Source of the DNA: a bacterium
GTDB lineage: Bacteria > Ratteibacteria > UBA8468 > B48-G9 > DTJG01
Assembly (NCBI GenBank): GCA_029552985.1
Contig: JAKPDB010000121.1
Location: 1-59,090 of the forward strand
Reading direction: 5' to 3'
Length of the DNA: 59,090 nt
Shown: positions 27,023 through 37,145 of the stretch, piece after piece
Position numbering within the stretch: position 1 is the stretch's first letter
How the letters are laid out: the number at the start of each line of letters is the position of its first letter
Position numbers and translations under genes: made by a program
The notes under the pieces: generated by a model
Seen by the model: the letters and a program-made list of their open reading frames with translations, nothing else
What the model was told of the DNA's origin: nothing
Databases searched by the model: none

Positions 27023-28108
27023 ATGACATCAGAGGATAAACTGCTGTCAATTTTTAAAAAAAGGGCGTCTGGTTCTCTTTCCTGGACAGCACTGGTTGAC
27101 GACAATACTCTGAATCTTTTACCAGACCATCTTCGAGCCAATTACGGGATTGATTTTTATAAACATATTGGTTGCGATATTATTCTTCTTAATGGATGGA
27201 ATACACCATTTGCATTCAAATCCCCCCAGCTAAAATGGTCTGAGGATGTCAGACAGGAAAGTCATCAGGAGAATCAGAAAACAGTAATACAATGGTTTAC
27301 GCGCTATGGAAATCTAACAGGCATCTATGGCAAGGGAGGCCATCCTGTTAAATATCCTGTTGATTCCATTGAAGCAGTAAAGATTTATACGAAGATGTGG
27401 GAACAGGCGTACTTCATTCCCCATGATGATTCTCAAACATACAGGACATTAAAAAAACTGGTTGGCAGTTCTGGCGTAATAACAAGATTCTGGGGTCCAT
27501 CGACCATTCCAAGGTTACTTGAAATGGATATGGGTACAACCAATTTCTATTACCTTCTTCACGATTATCCAGATGAAATGAAAAACCTCATCCGCACAAT
27601 GCACAATGTTGAAAAACAAGCATTCAAAATTCTTGCTCAACATCTCTGCCCTTGCATAATGCTTGTTGAAAATACAAGCACCTATTATATCAGTCCGAAA
27701 ATCTACGAAGAATTTAACATGCCTCACCAGTATGAATTTGTCCAAGAGGTAAAAAAAGCAGGAAAAACAGCAATCCTGCATATGTGTGGTCATATAAGAA
27801 ATCTTCTTCCACTTATCAAAAAAACTGAATGTGATGGTATTCATGCTCTCACGCCTCCACCAACAGGAGATACTCCATGGGAACTTGCTCTTGATATTCT
27901 CGGCGAAGATACCATTATTATCAGCGCCCTCGATCCTTCTATTTTTATCCTGAGTAATATTGAAGAAATCCCTGCTACCCTTGACAGAATGATTACCCCA
28001 CGGCTAAGGAAGGCAAACTTTGTTCTTGGTGTTTTCGCTGATGGTATCAGCGTAGAGCCTGAAAGATTTTATGCAGTCGCAAAATGGTTTGAAAAAAATA
28101 ACCAGTAG
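27023..28108 (+). CDS. Uroporphyrinogen decarboxylase (URO-D)/MtaA-like family protein
   Basis: ISPKIYEEFNMP, ILHMCGHI, DGIHALTPPPTGD motifs. Confidence 0.75.
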   Translation: MTSEDKLLSIFKKRASGSLSWTALVDDNTLNLLPDHLRANYGIDFYKHIGCDIILLNGWNTPFAFKSPQLKWSEDVRQESHQENQKTVIQWFTRYGNLTGIYGKGGHPVKYPVDSIEAVKIYTKMWEQAYFIPHDDSQTYRTLKKLVGSSGVITRFWGPSTIPRLLEMDMGTTNFYYLLHDYPDEMKNLIRTMHNVEKQAFKILAQHLCPCIMLVENTSTYYISPKIYEEFNMPHQYEFVQEVKKAGKTAILHMCGHIRNLLPLIKKTECDGIHALTPPPTGDTPWELALDILGEDTIIISALDPSIFILSNIEEIPATLDRMITPRLRKANFVLGVFADGISVEPERFYAVAKWFEKNNQ

Positions 28109-28963
28109 TCAGAATAACATGCTTTCAAGCCTTTTTATTCTTTCTTCAATTGGCGGATGTGTCGAGAATAAATTGAGAAAAGATTTTGCAGAAAATGGAT
28201 TTACAACAAAAAGATGGCTTATTGATGGATTCACAGTATTCATGGGTGCAACAGACACACCTCTTGCAAGTTTTCTTAATGCACTTGCAAGCGCAAAAGG
28301 ATTGTGGATAAGCTTTGCTCCTGTTTCATCTGCAAGGTATTCTCTGCTTCTCGAAATTGCAAGGTTAATCAAGGTTGCCACAATGGGCACAAGAATCGCG
28401 AATGCAATCATAGCAAAAACAGAAAAGGCATTACCGGACCGTTCAGAATCTCTGCTATCTCCACCAAAAACCGCAGCAAGCTGAATCATTCTTGCAATCA
28501 TCATTATGGCGCTTGCAATTGTGGCTGCAATTGTCGCAACAAGTATATCCCTGTTTTTAATGTGTGACATCTCATGCGCAATAACCCCTTTCAATTCATT
28601 TTCATCAAGAAGTTCAAGTATTCCCTGAGTAAAAGCAACCGAAGAATGAGCCGGGTCTCTTCCTGTGGCAAAAGCATTAGGACTTCCAGAAGGTATTATG
28701 TAAATTGCTGGTTTTGGTATGCCCGCAGATATTGCGACTTCTTCAACAATCTTGTGAAGACGTGGCATCTGGTCTTCAGGCACCCTGACAGCTCTTGTCA
28801 TTGAAAGGACAATTTTATCGCCCAGAAAATAAGAAACAAAATTCATGATCAAAGCCGTAACAAACGCAAAAACCATCCAGTCAGTTCCGAACAAACTTCC
28901 AATATAAACAAGCAACCCGCTGAGAATTCCAAGCAGAAAATAACTTTTTATTCTCGCTGCCAT
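28109..28963 (-). CDS. htpX: Zinc metalloprotease HtpX
   Basis: PNAFATGRDP, GVIAHEMSHIKNRD, SRSREYLADETGA, LFSTHPPIEERI; start ATG 28963 after GGAGGT. Confidence 0.95.
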   Translation of the reverse strand: MAARIKSYFLLGILSGLLVYIGSLFGTDWMVFAFVTALIMNFVSYFLGDKIVLSMTRAVRVPEDQMPRLHKIVEEVAISAGIPKPAIYIIPSGSPNAFATGRDPAHSSVAFTQGILELLDENELKGVIAHEMSHIKNRDILVATIAATIASAIMMIARMIQLAAVFGGDSRDSERSGNAFSVFAMIAFAILVPIVATLINLAISRSREYLADETGAKLIHNPFALASALRKLARGVSVAPMNTVNPSISHLFVVNPFSAKSFLNLFSTHPPIEERIKRLESMLF

Positions 28964-29046
28964 TCGTGACCTCCGTTGTTTAATTAGATGTTCAAAGTGG
29001 TAAAAAAGTTGCGGTATAATAAATATAGTATAACATAGCAAATGCC

Positions 29047-30417
29047 ATGGAAAAAGACACTATTTGTGCACTTTCGACGCCATATGGAATCAGCGGGATT
29101 GGTATTATCAGGCTCAGTGGACCTGAAACATTTCAAATAATAAAAAAAATTTTCAAACCTGGTCGACGAAGAAAACTACCGCCTGTGTGGAAAACGCACA
29201 CAGTCAGATACGGATATATCGTTGACGGAGAAAAAATCGTGGACGAAGTACTGGTCACAGTGATGAAATCTCCTTCAAGCTATACCAGAGAAGACATGGC
29301 AGAAATTGGGTGTCATGGAGGACTGGCTGCCATTAAGTCTGTCATTACGCTGTGTGTGCGAAATGGAGCGCGTCTTGCACAACCAGGCGAATTCACAAAA
29401 AGAGCATTTCTCAATGGAAGAATTGACTTGTCTCAGGCAGAAAGTATTCTTGAAATCGTTAATGCAAAAACAGAAAAATCTCTTGAAATAGCAGTGAATC
29501 AACTTACTGGTTCCCTTTCTGCAAAAATTTCTGAATTTCGAAAAAAATTGATGGATATTTTCGCCTTTTTAAATTATGAAATCGATTTTTCAGAGGACTA
29601 TGGAGAAGTTTCAAATAACAATTTATACCAGCAGTTGAATGATATGATTCTGGAAATGAAACAGGTTTTACAGACAGGCCAGGCAGGAAGAATCTTTACC
29701 CAGGGAATAAAAATTGCAATTACAGGAAAACCAAATGTTGGAAAATCCAGTTTGCTCAACCTCCTTGTTGAAGAAGATAGGGCTATTGTATCTGAAATAC
29801 CCGGGACTACAAGAGATTCAATAGAAGCCATTATCAACATTCAGGGTATTCCATTCACAGTTGTTGATACTGCGGGAATCAGGTATCACAGTTCAGGCAT
29901 TGAAAAAATCGGTGTGGAACGCGCAAAAGAATGGATGAAAAGAGCTGACATGATACTGGTGGTTCTTGATTCATCCAGCCCTATGGAAGAGATTGACCGG
30001 CAAATTTTGAAAGAGGCAAAAAACAAACCGCATGTGATTGTTCTTAATAAATGCGACCTTCCTGCGTGTCTAAAAGAAAACATACTGCGTGAAAATGCTA
30101 CTGATTCACCTATTGTAAAAATATCCTGTCTCACAGGACAAGGCCTGAGGCAACTTCATTCAGCAATTATGGAAACGGTTTATTCGGGAATGTGCAGTAT
30201 AAATGATGTACAGTTTATTCTCAATGTCAGGCAGCAAAACTCGCTTGAAAAAGCCATAAAGACACTCGAGGAATTAAAAGAAATCCGTAGCAACAGTACA
30301 GACATTGTTGCTGAAATGATAAGGTATAGCATCATGTGTCTTGACGAAATAAGTGGAAAAAATATCTCTGATCAGGTCATCGATGAAATTTTCAATAAAT
30401 TCTGTATCGGTAAATAA
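29047..30417 (+). CDS. mnmE: tRNA modification GTPase MnmE
   Basis: GEFTKRAFLNGRIDL, GKPNVGKSSL, PGTTRD, DTAG, NKCD, C-terminal FCIGK. Confidence 0.97.
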   Translation: MEKDTICALSTPYGISGIGIIRLSGPETFQIIKKIFKPGRRRKLPPVWKTHTVRYGYIVDGEKIVDEVLVTVMKSPSSYTREDMAEIGCHGGLAAIKSVITLCVRNGARLAQPGEFTKRAFLNGRIDLSQAESILEIVNAKTEKSLEIAVNQLTGSLSAKISEFRKKLMDIFAFLNYEIDFSEDYGEVSNNNLYQQLNDMILEMKQVLQTGQAGRIFTQGIKIAITGKPNVGKSSLLNLLVEEDRAIVSEIPGTTRDSIEAIINIQGIPFTVVDTAGIRYHSSGIEKIGVERAKEWMKRADMILVVLDSSSPMEEIDRQILKEAKNKPHVIVLNKCDLPACLKENILRENATDSPIVKISCLTGQGLRQLHSAIMETVYSGMCSINDVQFILNVRQQNSLEKAIKTLEELKEIRSNSTDIVAEMIRYSIMCLDEISGKNISDQVIDEIFNKFCIGK

Positions 30418-30428
30418 CAGGAGGCCAT

Positions 30429-31184
30429 ATGAAAAAAATTGTCATTTTTCTTGGATTGGTTTCTGCAATTTTATTTTCTGGATGTGCCACTTATTATAAT
30501 CCTGTAACAGGAAAACAGGAAACCACTGTGTACACAGAAAAAGATGAAATAGATATGGGCATTGCTGTGGATAAAAAAATTTGTTCTGAATTTAAGATTG
30601 TTGAAAATCCAGAAAAGGTATTTCCGGGATTTACCAGCATTTGTGCTCGTGTTGCCAGAAGCAATGATAGAAGTCACCTCAACTATACATTTAGGGTGAT
30701 AGAAAACAACCAAGTCAATGCATTTTCCATCCCCGGAGGATTTGTTTATGTGTATACCGGGTTGTTAAAACAAATAAGTTCTCCTGATGAACTTGCCTGT
30801 ATTATTGGTCATGAAATTGGTCATATTTGCAATAGAGATGGAGTTCACCGGCTTGAAAAACAAATTCTCTACTCAATTCCTGCAAGCATCCTGTTTGGTT
30901 CAGGAAGACAGAAAGCAATTCAACAAGCAGCAGATACTGTGTTCACGCTTTCCATGCTGAAATACAGTCGTTCCCAGGAAATAGAAGCAGATACTCTTGG
31001 AATGACGTACGCATATCGCGCAGGATTTAACCCTGAAGGAATGATTTCATTTTTCAAAAAAATGGAAGAACTTGAAAAAAATCATCCCTCAATTCCATTG
31101 ACTTTTCTTCGCGACCATCCTGAAATAAAAGAAAGAATAAGAAATGCACAATCGGTTGTCAATAAGTTAAAACAGGAAAAATAA
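30429..31184 (+). CDS. M48 family zinc metalloprotease lipoprotein
   Basis: Lipobox FSGC, NAFSIPGG, GHEIGH, YSRSQEIEAD, DHP. Confidence 0.9.
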   Translation: MKKIVIFLGLVSAILFSGCATYYNPVTGKQETTVYTEKDEIDMGIAVDKKICSEFKIVENPEKVFPGFTSICARVARSNDRSHLNYTFRVIENNQVNAFSIPGGFVYVYTGLLKQISSPDELACIIGHEIGHICNRDGVHRLEKQILYSIPASILFGSGRQKAIQQAADTVFTLSMLKYSRSQEIEADTLGMTYAYRAGFNPEGMISFFKKMEELEKNHPSIPLTFLRDHPEIKERIRNAQSVVNKLKQEK

Positions 31185-31218
31185 GAAACTGTTCATCAAG
31201 CACAATTTTTTAATCACT

Positions 31219-31602
31219 TTACTTTCTAATTTTGCGACATTTCCGACAAAGACCTTCTATGATGAGTGTGTGTTCGGTCATTAAAATTCCAAGTTTGTTT
31301 GTAGTTTCCCTGATTGAATTTTCTATTTTGTCAGAAAAAAATTCCATCGTTTTTTTGCACTTTTTACATCTGAAATGATAATGAATTTTCTCACCGATAA
31401 ATTCAAAATACTGTTCTTTCCTGTTCGATACCGGAACAATTTTCCCTGCTTTACAAAGTTTGTTTATTACTCGATACACTGTTGCGCGTGAAACATTCAT
31501 ACCTGAATTTTTTGCCAGGGCAATCAGGTCTTTTATTTTGAAAGACCCTGCATTCTTTGCGAGATTTTCGATATCAATAATCCACTTATCCGTTCGCATC
31601 AA
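31219..31602 (-). CDS. Fur family transcriptional regulator (short)
   Basis: VSRATVYR, HYHFRCKKC, GLCRKC. Confidence 0.85.
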   Translation of the reverse strand: MMRTDKWIIDIENLAKNAGSFKIKDLIALAKNSGMNVSRATVYRVINKLCKAGKIVPVSNRKEQYFEFIGEKIHYHFRCKKCKKTMEFFSDKIENSIRETTNKLGILMTEHTLIIEGLCRKCRKIRK

Positions 31603-31768
31603 TTATCCTTTTTGAAATGTGATATTATTCAGTTTGACAGAAAAACATTACAAAGTCAACACGCTTGCCAGCAAAATGGCAAATGTATAAAATTAACAAT
31701 GATGGAAAATAAACCTCTGGTATTAAAAATCGTCTTATGATAAAATAAAATCACTAAAGATTCCGAAC

Positions 31769-32890
31769 ATGAAATACAAAACGATATCGATAATTCTATT
31801 GGTTGTATTATTTATCAGCGGTTGTTCTGAGAAAAGAGATGTTGTTATCAAGAAAATAGAAAACATACCCGCAGAAAATATTTCTGAGGAAACCATTCCT
31901 ATGGTGGTAATGACTCCTGCTGAAAAACTCGAACCAATTTGTGAAACAAAGATATCGATCGAAAAACCTGCCATAAAACCTGTCAAGGATCATGAAAAGT
32001 CATCATCTGATACAGATCTAAGTGAATGTGTTTGGAGTCAAACTGAAACTGTTGAAACAAAAACCTTAGAAGAAAAAAACACAGTAATTACGAAGGCCCC
32101 GCAGAAGAAGAAAATTCCAGAAATTACTGTATCAAAAAGTCCGCTTCTGGTTGTCCCGGGAGAGTGTCTTGTCTTCAGGATAAAATGGAATTTTGCAAAT
32201 GTCGGGAAATTGATTCTTGCATGCAAAAAGGAAAAAATTGATAATCAGGAGGTTTATCATTTTGTTGGTCTTACTGTCCCAGAAGGAATTTGGACAAAAC
32301 TTGGTAGTGGATATAACAGGTTTGATTCATACATAGACAGTAAGACCAATCTTCCATTTTATTATTATCAGTACTCAGCATCATCAACAACAAGTCAGAT
32401 CACAAAAAGTATTATTGATCATCGAACAAAAACTCTTTCATATGAAGTGAAAAAATACAAAGATGGTAAGCAATACGGTGCAAAATCAGGAAAGGTGAAT
32501 TTTTCAGGTATCCTGTTTGATGGGCTATCAGCACTTTATGCCATCAGAGGCATGGCTGGAGACCGGATGCCATCTGCAAAAATGCCGGTTGGGATCACGA
32601 AAATTACTGGTATTTATTTATTCTTTGTAGAAAAAAATATTGATACCTTTATTGTTGGCAAAAGGGAATACTGGCTGATTCAATCAGAAGCAACAGAAGA
32701 TGAAGCAATCTTCAGAAAGGGCAGACTTTTTGTTTCAATTTCTGCAGACAGAGAAAAACTTCCATTGCTTATGAAAGGAAAAGTTCCACTTGGTACAGGA
32801 ACAGTAGAACTCATCTCACAAAAAACACTTAATGCAAATTTCCTAACAGATAGCAAAAGCCTAACTGAAATTTTGAACTCCACTCTTTAA
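31769..32890 (+). CDS. DUF3108-like lipoprotein
   Basis: Lipobox ISGC, low-complexity linker, then a beta-rich domain (GECLVFRIKW...DGLSALYAIR...ISADREKLPL). Confidence 0.65.
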   Translation: MKYKTISIILLVVLFISGCSEKRDVVIKKIENIPAENISEETIPMVVMTPAEKLEPICETKISIEKPAIKPVKDHEKSSSDTDLSECVWSQTETVETKTLEEKNTVITKAPQKKKIPEITVSKSPLLVVPGECLVFRIKWNFANVGKLILACKKEKIDNQEVYHFVGLTVPEGIWTKLGSGYNRFDSYIDSKTNLPFYYYQYSASSTTSQITKSIIDHRTKTLSYEVKKYKDGKQYGAKSGKVNFSGILFDGLSALYAIRGMAGDRMPSAKMPVGITKITGIYLFFVEKNIDTFIVGKREYWLIQSEATEDEAIFRKGRLFVSISADREKLPLLMKGKVPLGTGTVELISQKTLNANFLTDSKSLTEILNSTL

Positions 32891-32893
32891 ACC

Positions 32894-33508
32894 ATGTATC
32901 TGTTTTCTATTGAATGTTCAACTCAGCGCGCGGGCATCGCTGTGCTGGAGAATCAAAAGGTTCTTGCAAAAAACATCTGGGTTAGCAAGGATACAAGCGC
33001 TGAGGTTCTTCCAGAAATTGATAAAATGCTTAAGAAAACTGGATTAGAAGTGTCCCAATTTGATTATTTTGTTGTTTCCACTGGACCTGGTTCCTGGACA
33101 GGGGTACGGCTTGGCCTTGCTCTTGCATATGGGCTTGCCATAGCTGATAAAAATAAGGTTTTTGGGTTGAGTAGCCTTGAAGCAATGGCCTATCAGATGA
33201 AAGATGAAAACAATGTTGGTGTTTTTCTTCCTTCAGTAAGAAATTCCGTTCACTTTGGCTTTTTTAGAAAACCATCTTCTCTGGGGAAAAAACACGGAAG
33301 GTTTTCTTCATGCACAATTGAACAATTATCAGAAAAATTCAGAAATGCGAAAATTATCGCAGGACCTGACAGAAGTATTTGTTCTTTGTTTGATTTAAAA
33401 AAGAAATGCGTGGAAACATTTCCAGACCCTGTTCTGAATGCGATGCTGGCGTTTGAAAGAATTCAGAATGGTGTAAAACCACGAAATCAACCATACTATG
33501 AAAAATAA
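32894..33508 (+). CDS. tsaB: tRNA threonylcarbamoyladenosine biosynthesis protein TsaB
   Basis: SIECST, VSTGPGSWTGVRLG, GLSSLEAMA, C-terminal PYY. Confidence 0.88.
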   Translation: MYLFSIECSTQRAGIAVLENQKVLAKNIWVSKDTSAEVLPEIDKMLKKTGLEVSQFDYFVVSTGPGSWTGVRLGLALAYGLAIADKNKVFGLSSLEAMAYQMKDENNVGVFLPSVRNSVHFGFFRKPSSLGKKHGRFSSCTIEQLSEKFRNAKIIAGPDRSICSLFDLKKKCVETFPDPVLNAMLAFERIQNGVKPRNQPYYEK

Positions 33509-34613
33509 AATCCTTTATATTTTACCGAGCAAAGAAATTGGTGGAACTGAAAAAATGGTAGTGATGCTGGCAACAAAAATATCTGGTTTTGGTTATCAAC
33601 CCATTGTATTAACATTACAGGAAGAAGGTCCATTCCATACTTTGCTCAAGACACGACACATAAAATATTATATTCTTAATATAAAAAAAAGACCGCTTTG
33701 CGCGATTTTCAAAACTTTTTTCGTTGTTTTTAAGGAGAAACCCTGTCTGATGCATAGTTTTCTTTTTGCAGGAAATGTGTTTGCTGGACTATTAAGATTT
33801 TTTTTCTGGATACCTCTTGTTTGTTCTCAAAGAAGTACTGATGCATGGAAAAAACGCATGCACTGGAGAATCGAAAAGTTTGCAACGATTTTTTGTTCAG
33901 TGTTTATTTCTAATTCAAACGCAGGGAAAGCAATTCTTGTTGAAAAGGCAAATATTCCAGAGAAAAAAATCATCGTAATTTCAAATGGAATTGACTTAGC
34001 CGATGTAAAAGAAAAATTGAAAAATGTCACCATTGTCCCGCACACAGGGATTTATGTTGGTGCTGTTGGTAATTTAAGAAAGGCCAAAGGGTATGAAGTT
34101 CTTATTGATGCTGCAGCCCTTGTGTGCAGGAAAAGAAATGATGTCAGGTTTATCATTCTGGGGAAAGGACCGCTTGAACACCAACTCAAGAAAAAAATTC
34201 AACATCTCAATCTGGTGCAAAATTTTGAATTTCATGGTTTTGTGGAAGATGTGTATAATTATATACAAACATTTGACATTGTTGTGATCCCGTCTCTGTG
34301 GGAAGGTTTCCCGGTTGTGGCGCTGGAAGCAATGGCCTGTGGAAAGCCTGTTGTTGCGACAGAAGTTGGAGATTTACCCGAAATTATACAACACAGAGTT
34401 TCCGGGATATTGGTTGAACCAGGCAACCCGAAAGATCTGGCAGATTCCATTCTGATGCTTGCTGCGGACCAGAACATGCGTATTCAGATGGGAAACAATG
34501 CAAAAAAACAGGTGGAAAAATTCTCATTAACGGATATGGTGAAAAAATACAATGAAATCTATAATCGGCTCATTGTGAGATATGAAACAAAAACAGCAGC
34601 AAAAACATCTTAA
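33498..34613 (+). CDS. Glycosyltransferase family 4
   Basis: IGGTEK, VGNLRKAKGY, PSLWEGFPVVALEAMACGKPVV. Confidence 0.92.
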   Translation: MKNKILYILPSKEIGGTEKMVVMLATKISGFGYQPIVLTLQEEGPFHTLLKTRHIKYYILNIKKRPLCAIFKTFFVVFKEKPCLMHSFLFAGNVFAGLLRFFFWIPLVCSQRSTDAWKKRMHWRIEKFATIFCSVFISNSNAGKAILVEKANIPEKKIIVISNGIDLADVKEKLKNVTIVPHTGIYVGAVGNLRKAKGYEVLIDAAALVCRKRNDVRFIILGKGPLEHQLKKKIQHLNLVQNFEFHGFVEDVYNYIQTFDIVVIPSLWEGFPVVALEAMACGKPVVATEVGDLPEIIQHRVSGILVEPGNPKDLADSILMLAADQNMRIQMGNNAKKQVEKFSLTDMVKKYNEIYNRLIVRYETKTAAKTS

Positions 34614-34619
34614 AATAAT

Positions 34620-35198
34620 ATGAAAGCGAACAAAAATAAAGAAAAAATTCAGTCGTATTCAAGGATGCAGAAAAGGAAGAAAGAAATACTTTCCTGGGTG
34701 TGGGCTATTGTCTTTGTCCTTATTCTCAGGCAATTTTTTGTTCAGGCATTCGTGATTCCAAGTGAATCAATGAAACCCACTCTAAAAATTCATGACAGAC
34801 TTCTTGCCAACAAAATCATCTACAAAATCAGACAACCTCATCGTTGGGAGGTCATTATTTTCAAGTACCCTGAGGACCCTTCAAAGTATTTTGTTAAACG
34901 ACTGGTTGGTCTTCCAGGGGAATCTCTTATTATAAAAAATGGCAGCGTGTATATCAATGGCAAAAGCATGCAACAGCCGGAGTATGTCTCAACTCCTCTC
35001 TATTACTACAGTGATATTGATGCTTTGTATGGTGTACATGAAGAAATTAAAATCCCTGACTCTGCTTATTACGTATTGGGAGATAACAGTATTAACAGCC
35101 GTGATAGCAGATACTGGGGTTTTGTTCCTTCTAAAAATCTTGTTGGTGAAGCATTGTTCATTTACTGGCCCCCGTGGCGAATGGGGTTAATCAAGTGA
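34620..35198 (+). CDS. lepB: Signal peptidase I
   Basis: IPSESMKPTL, FVKRLVGLPG, YVLGDNSINSRDSRYWGFVP. Confidence 0.95.
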   Translation: MKANKNKEKIQSYSRMQKRKKEILSWVWAIVFVLILRQFFVQAFVIPSESMKPTLKIHDRLLANKIIYKIRQPHRWEVIIFKYPEDPSKYFVKRLVGLPGESLIIKNGSVYINGKSMQQPEYVSTPLYYYSDIDALYGVHEEIKIPDSAYYVLGDNSINSRDSRYWGFVPSKNLVGEALFIYWPPWRMGLIK

Positions 35199-35203
35199 GG
35201 TCT

Positions 35204-35800
35204 ATGGAAGACAACAACAAAGAAAAGATTATCCATATCAGGGAAAAGGATTTCAGGAAAATAGCCGCCTTCAGAAGCAAAGCAAGGCAGCTGGAAAACC
35301 AGTGTAAATTGCTCGATGAAAAAATCTCAAATATGGAAAAAGAAGTTTCAGAATGGAAAGAAAGAGCAGCCCGGCTGGCGGCTGAAATGGAGAATCTCAG
35401 GAAAAGAGTAGAAAAAGAAAAACAGGAATTCAGTGCATTTCTTCAGGCATCTTTTGCAGAAAAACTCCTTTTCTTCGACGAAATTTTTGAAAAAATTGTA
35501 AACGATGTTTGTTCAAGCAAGGATATAAACAAAAATGTATCAGATGGTCTTGTCATGCTTAAAAAACAATTCACATCACTATTGGAATCTCTTGGAGTGA
35601 AAAAGATTGAAACACAGGGAAAACTATTTGACCCGATGATTCACGAGGCAGTTGAAATTGTTGAAACAGACGAAAAACCAGAAGGTACAATCATTGAAGA
35701 AGTACGTTCCGGTTACACCATCAATGGCAAACTTCTCAAACCCGCTCAAGTAAAGGTGGTTCGTGGAAAAAATAAAGATACTGGCTCCAGCAAAGATTAA
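35204..35800 (+). CDS. grpE: Nucleotide exchange factor GrpE
   Basis: AEMENLRKR, FDPMIHEAV, GYTINGKLLKPAQVKV; start uncertain (35174 or 35204). Confidence 0.9.
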   Translation: MEDNNKEKIIHIREKDFRKIAAFRSKARQLENQCKLLDEKISNMEKEVSEWKERAARLAAEMENLRKRVEKEKQEFSAFLQASFAEKLLFFDEIFEKIVNDVCSSKDINKNVSDGLVMLKKQFTSLLESLGVKKIETQGKLFDPMIHEAVEIVETDEKPEGTIIEEVRSGYTINGKLLKPAQVKVVRGKNKDTGSSKD

Positions 35801-36668
35801 TCTTATCCTTGAGGTGACAGGAAAAAGATCTGATGGCTACCATGATATCTGTTCCCTTGTGGAAAAGGTAAATCTTACTGATGAGATCGAGATTCTCAAA
35901 CACGAAAAACATTCCATACAGTTTGCAGGACCATGGGTAATACCAGAAGAAAACACAGTAAAAAAAACCATAGACAAACTTTCTCAATTATTTCCCGACA
36001 GGGCTGAAAGGTATCCATTAAAAATTGTTATTACAAAGCATATCCCGCCAGGAAGTGGTCTAGGTGGCGCAAGCAGTGACGCTGCGGCAATATTGACAGC
36101 GTGTAATAAACTCTGGCAACTCGGGCTAGGACAGAATGATTTAATAAACATTGGCAGCACAATTGGTTCTGATGTACCCCTGTTTCTAACAGAGGGTCCC
36201 TGTATCATCGAAGGCAGAGGTGAAATCGTTCATCCTGCAGGAACTTTTCCATCTCTAACCTTTCATCTTTTTGTTCCAGAATTTCAGGTTTCAACGAAAT
36301 TAATTTACGACAATCTTCCTTCTCGGCTTTTAAGTGATTTGACATCAGCTCATTTACGAATTAAAATTTTTGTGTCATTATGGAAAGAAAATAACATAAA
36401 ACAGATGGAAAAATTTTTATTCAACAAACTGGAGGAGGTGACGCGGAGAATTTACCCAGAGGTAGATAGAGCCATTGAATGTCTTGGGGACTGGTGCGGA
36501 AAACGTTTCATTTTGAGCGGGTCAGGAGGGGGTATTTATGCTTTAGGCACAATGGACCGGGTTCTTCTTGATAGAAAACCGGAAATAATCCGGCACTGGC
36601 GTCACTATAAACTTGAAAGTTATTACACCTGCCTGCAAAAGGAGGAGGAACAACATGGAAATTACTGA
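35763..36668 (+). CDS. ispE: 4-diphosphocytidyl-2-C-methyl-D-erythritol kinase
   Basis: APAKINLIL, KHIPPGSGLGGASSDAAA, GSDVPLF, LSGSG. Confidence 0.93.
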   Translation: MEKIKILAPAKINLILEVTGKRSDGYHDICSLVEKVNLTDEIEILKHEKHSIQFAGPWVIPEENTVKKTIDKLSQLFPDRAERYPLKIVITKHIPPGSGLGGASSDAAAILTACNKLWQLGLGQNDLINIGSTIGSDVPLFLTEGPCIIEGRGEIVHPAGTFPSLTFHLFVPEFQVSTKLIYDNLPSRLLSDLTSAHLRIKIFVSLWKENNIKQMEKFLFNKLEEVTRRIYPEVDRAIECLGDWCGKRFILSGSGGGIYALGTMDRVLLDRKPEIIRHWRHYKLESYYTCLQKEEEQHGNY

Positions 36669-37047
36669 AACCAGAATTTCGCCAATCAATAAACCAAATA
36701 GCAGATTACGCGCATATGCGTCGGTGACCTTTGACAATTCATTCGTAATCCGTGAAATTCGGATTATCGAGGGGAAAAATGGTCTCTTCATCGCCATGCC
36801 CAGCAGAAAGATGCAGAAGCCATGTCCCAGGTGTAACTTCAAAAATCCGGTGACAAATAAATTCTGCGGACAATGCGGAGCAGAAATTAAGAATGTGGAA
36901 CAAAAAAATCAGAAAACCGGTCCCCAACAGCATAAGGATCTTGCTCATCCGATAAATACTCAGTTCCGGGATTATCTGCAAAAAAAGGTTCTTGAGGCAT
37001 ACAACCAGCAAAAAGAAAGCGCCACCGGAAAAGAAAATAATAAATAA
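36655..37047 (+). CDS. spoVG: SpoVG family nucleic-acid-binding protein with inserted zinc ribbon
   Basis: MEITETRI...LRAYASVTFD...GLFIAMPSRK, insert CPRC-x10-CGQC, then DLAHPIN; start ATG 36655 after GGAGGAGG. Confidence 0.9.
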   Translation: MEITETRISPINKPNSRLRAYASVTFDNSFVIREIRIIEGKNGLFIAMPSRKMQKPCPRCNFKNPVTNKFCGQCGAEIKNVEQKNQKTGPQQHKDLAHPINTQFRDYLQKKVLEAYNQQKESATGKENNK

Positions 37048-37058
37048 CTGATTGATTT

Positions 37059-37129
37059 TGCCCGGTGGTGTAACGGTAACACACCGGCCTTTGGAGCCGT
37101 GGTTCGAGGTTCAAATCCTCGCCGGGCAG
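37059..37129 (+). tRNA. tRNA-Gln (TTG), CCA not encoded
   Basis: TGCCCGG/CCGGGCA acceptor (U1:A72), anticodon loop CTTTGGA, GGTTCAAATCC T-arm; usual position between ispE and glmU-prs. Confidence 0.93.
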
Positions 37130-37145
37130 GTACCGTGAAAAAATC

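Noticed and set aside
35204-35800. Orphan grpE away from dnaK/hrcA as a novelty
   Set aside because: Dispersed chaperone genes are common; I saw no CIRCE element or other unusual feature.
37084-37100. C:U mismatch at the top of the tRNA-Gln anticodon stem suggesting a pseudo-tRNA
   Set aside because: All other arms pair, the U1:A72 identity pair is present and the syntenic position is canonical; single 27:43 mismatches are tolerated.
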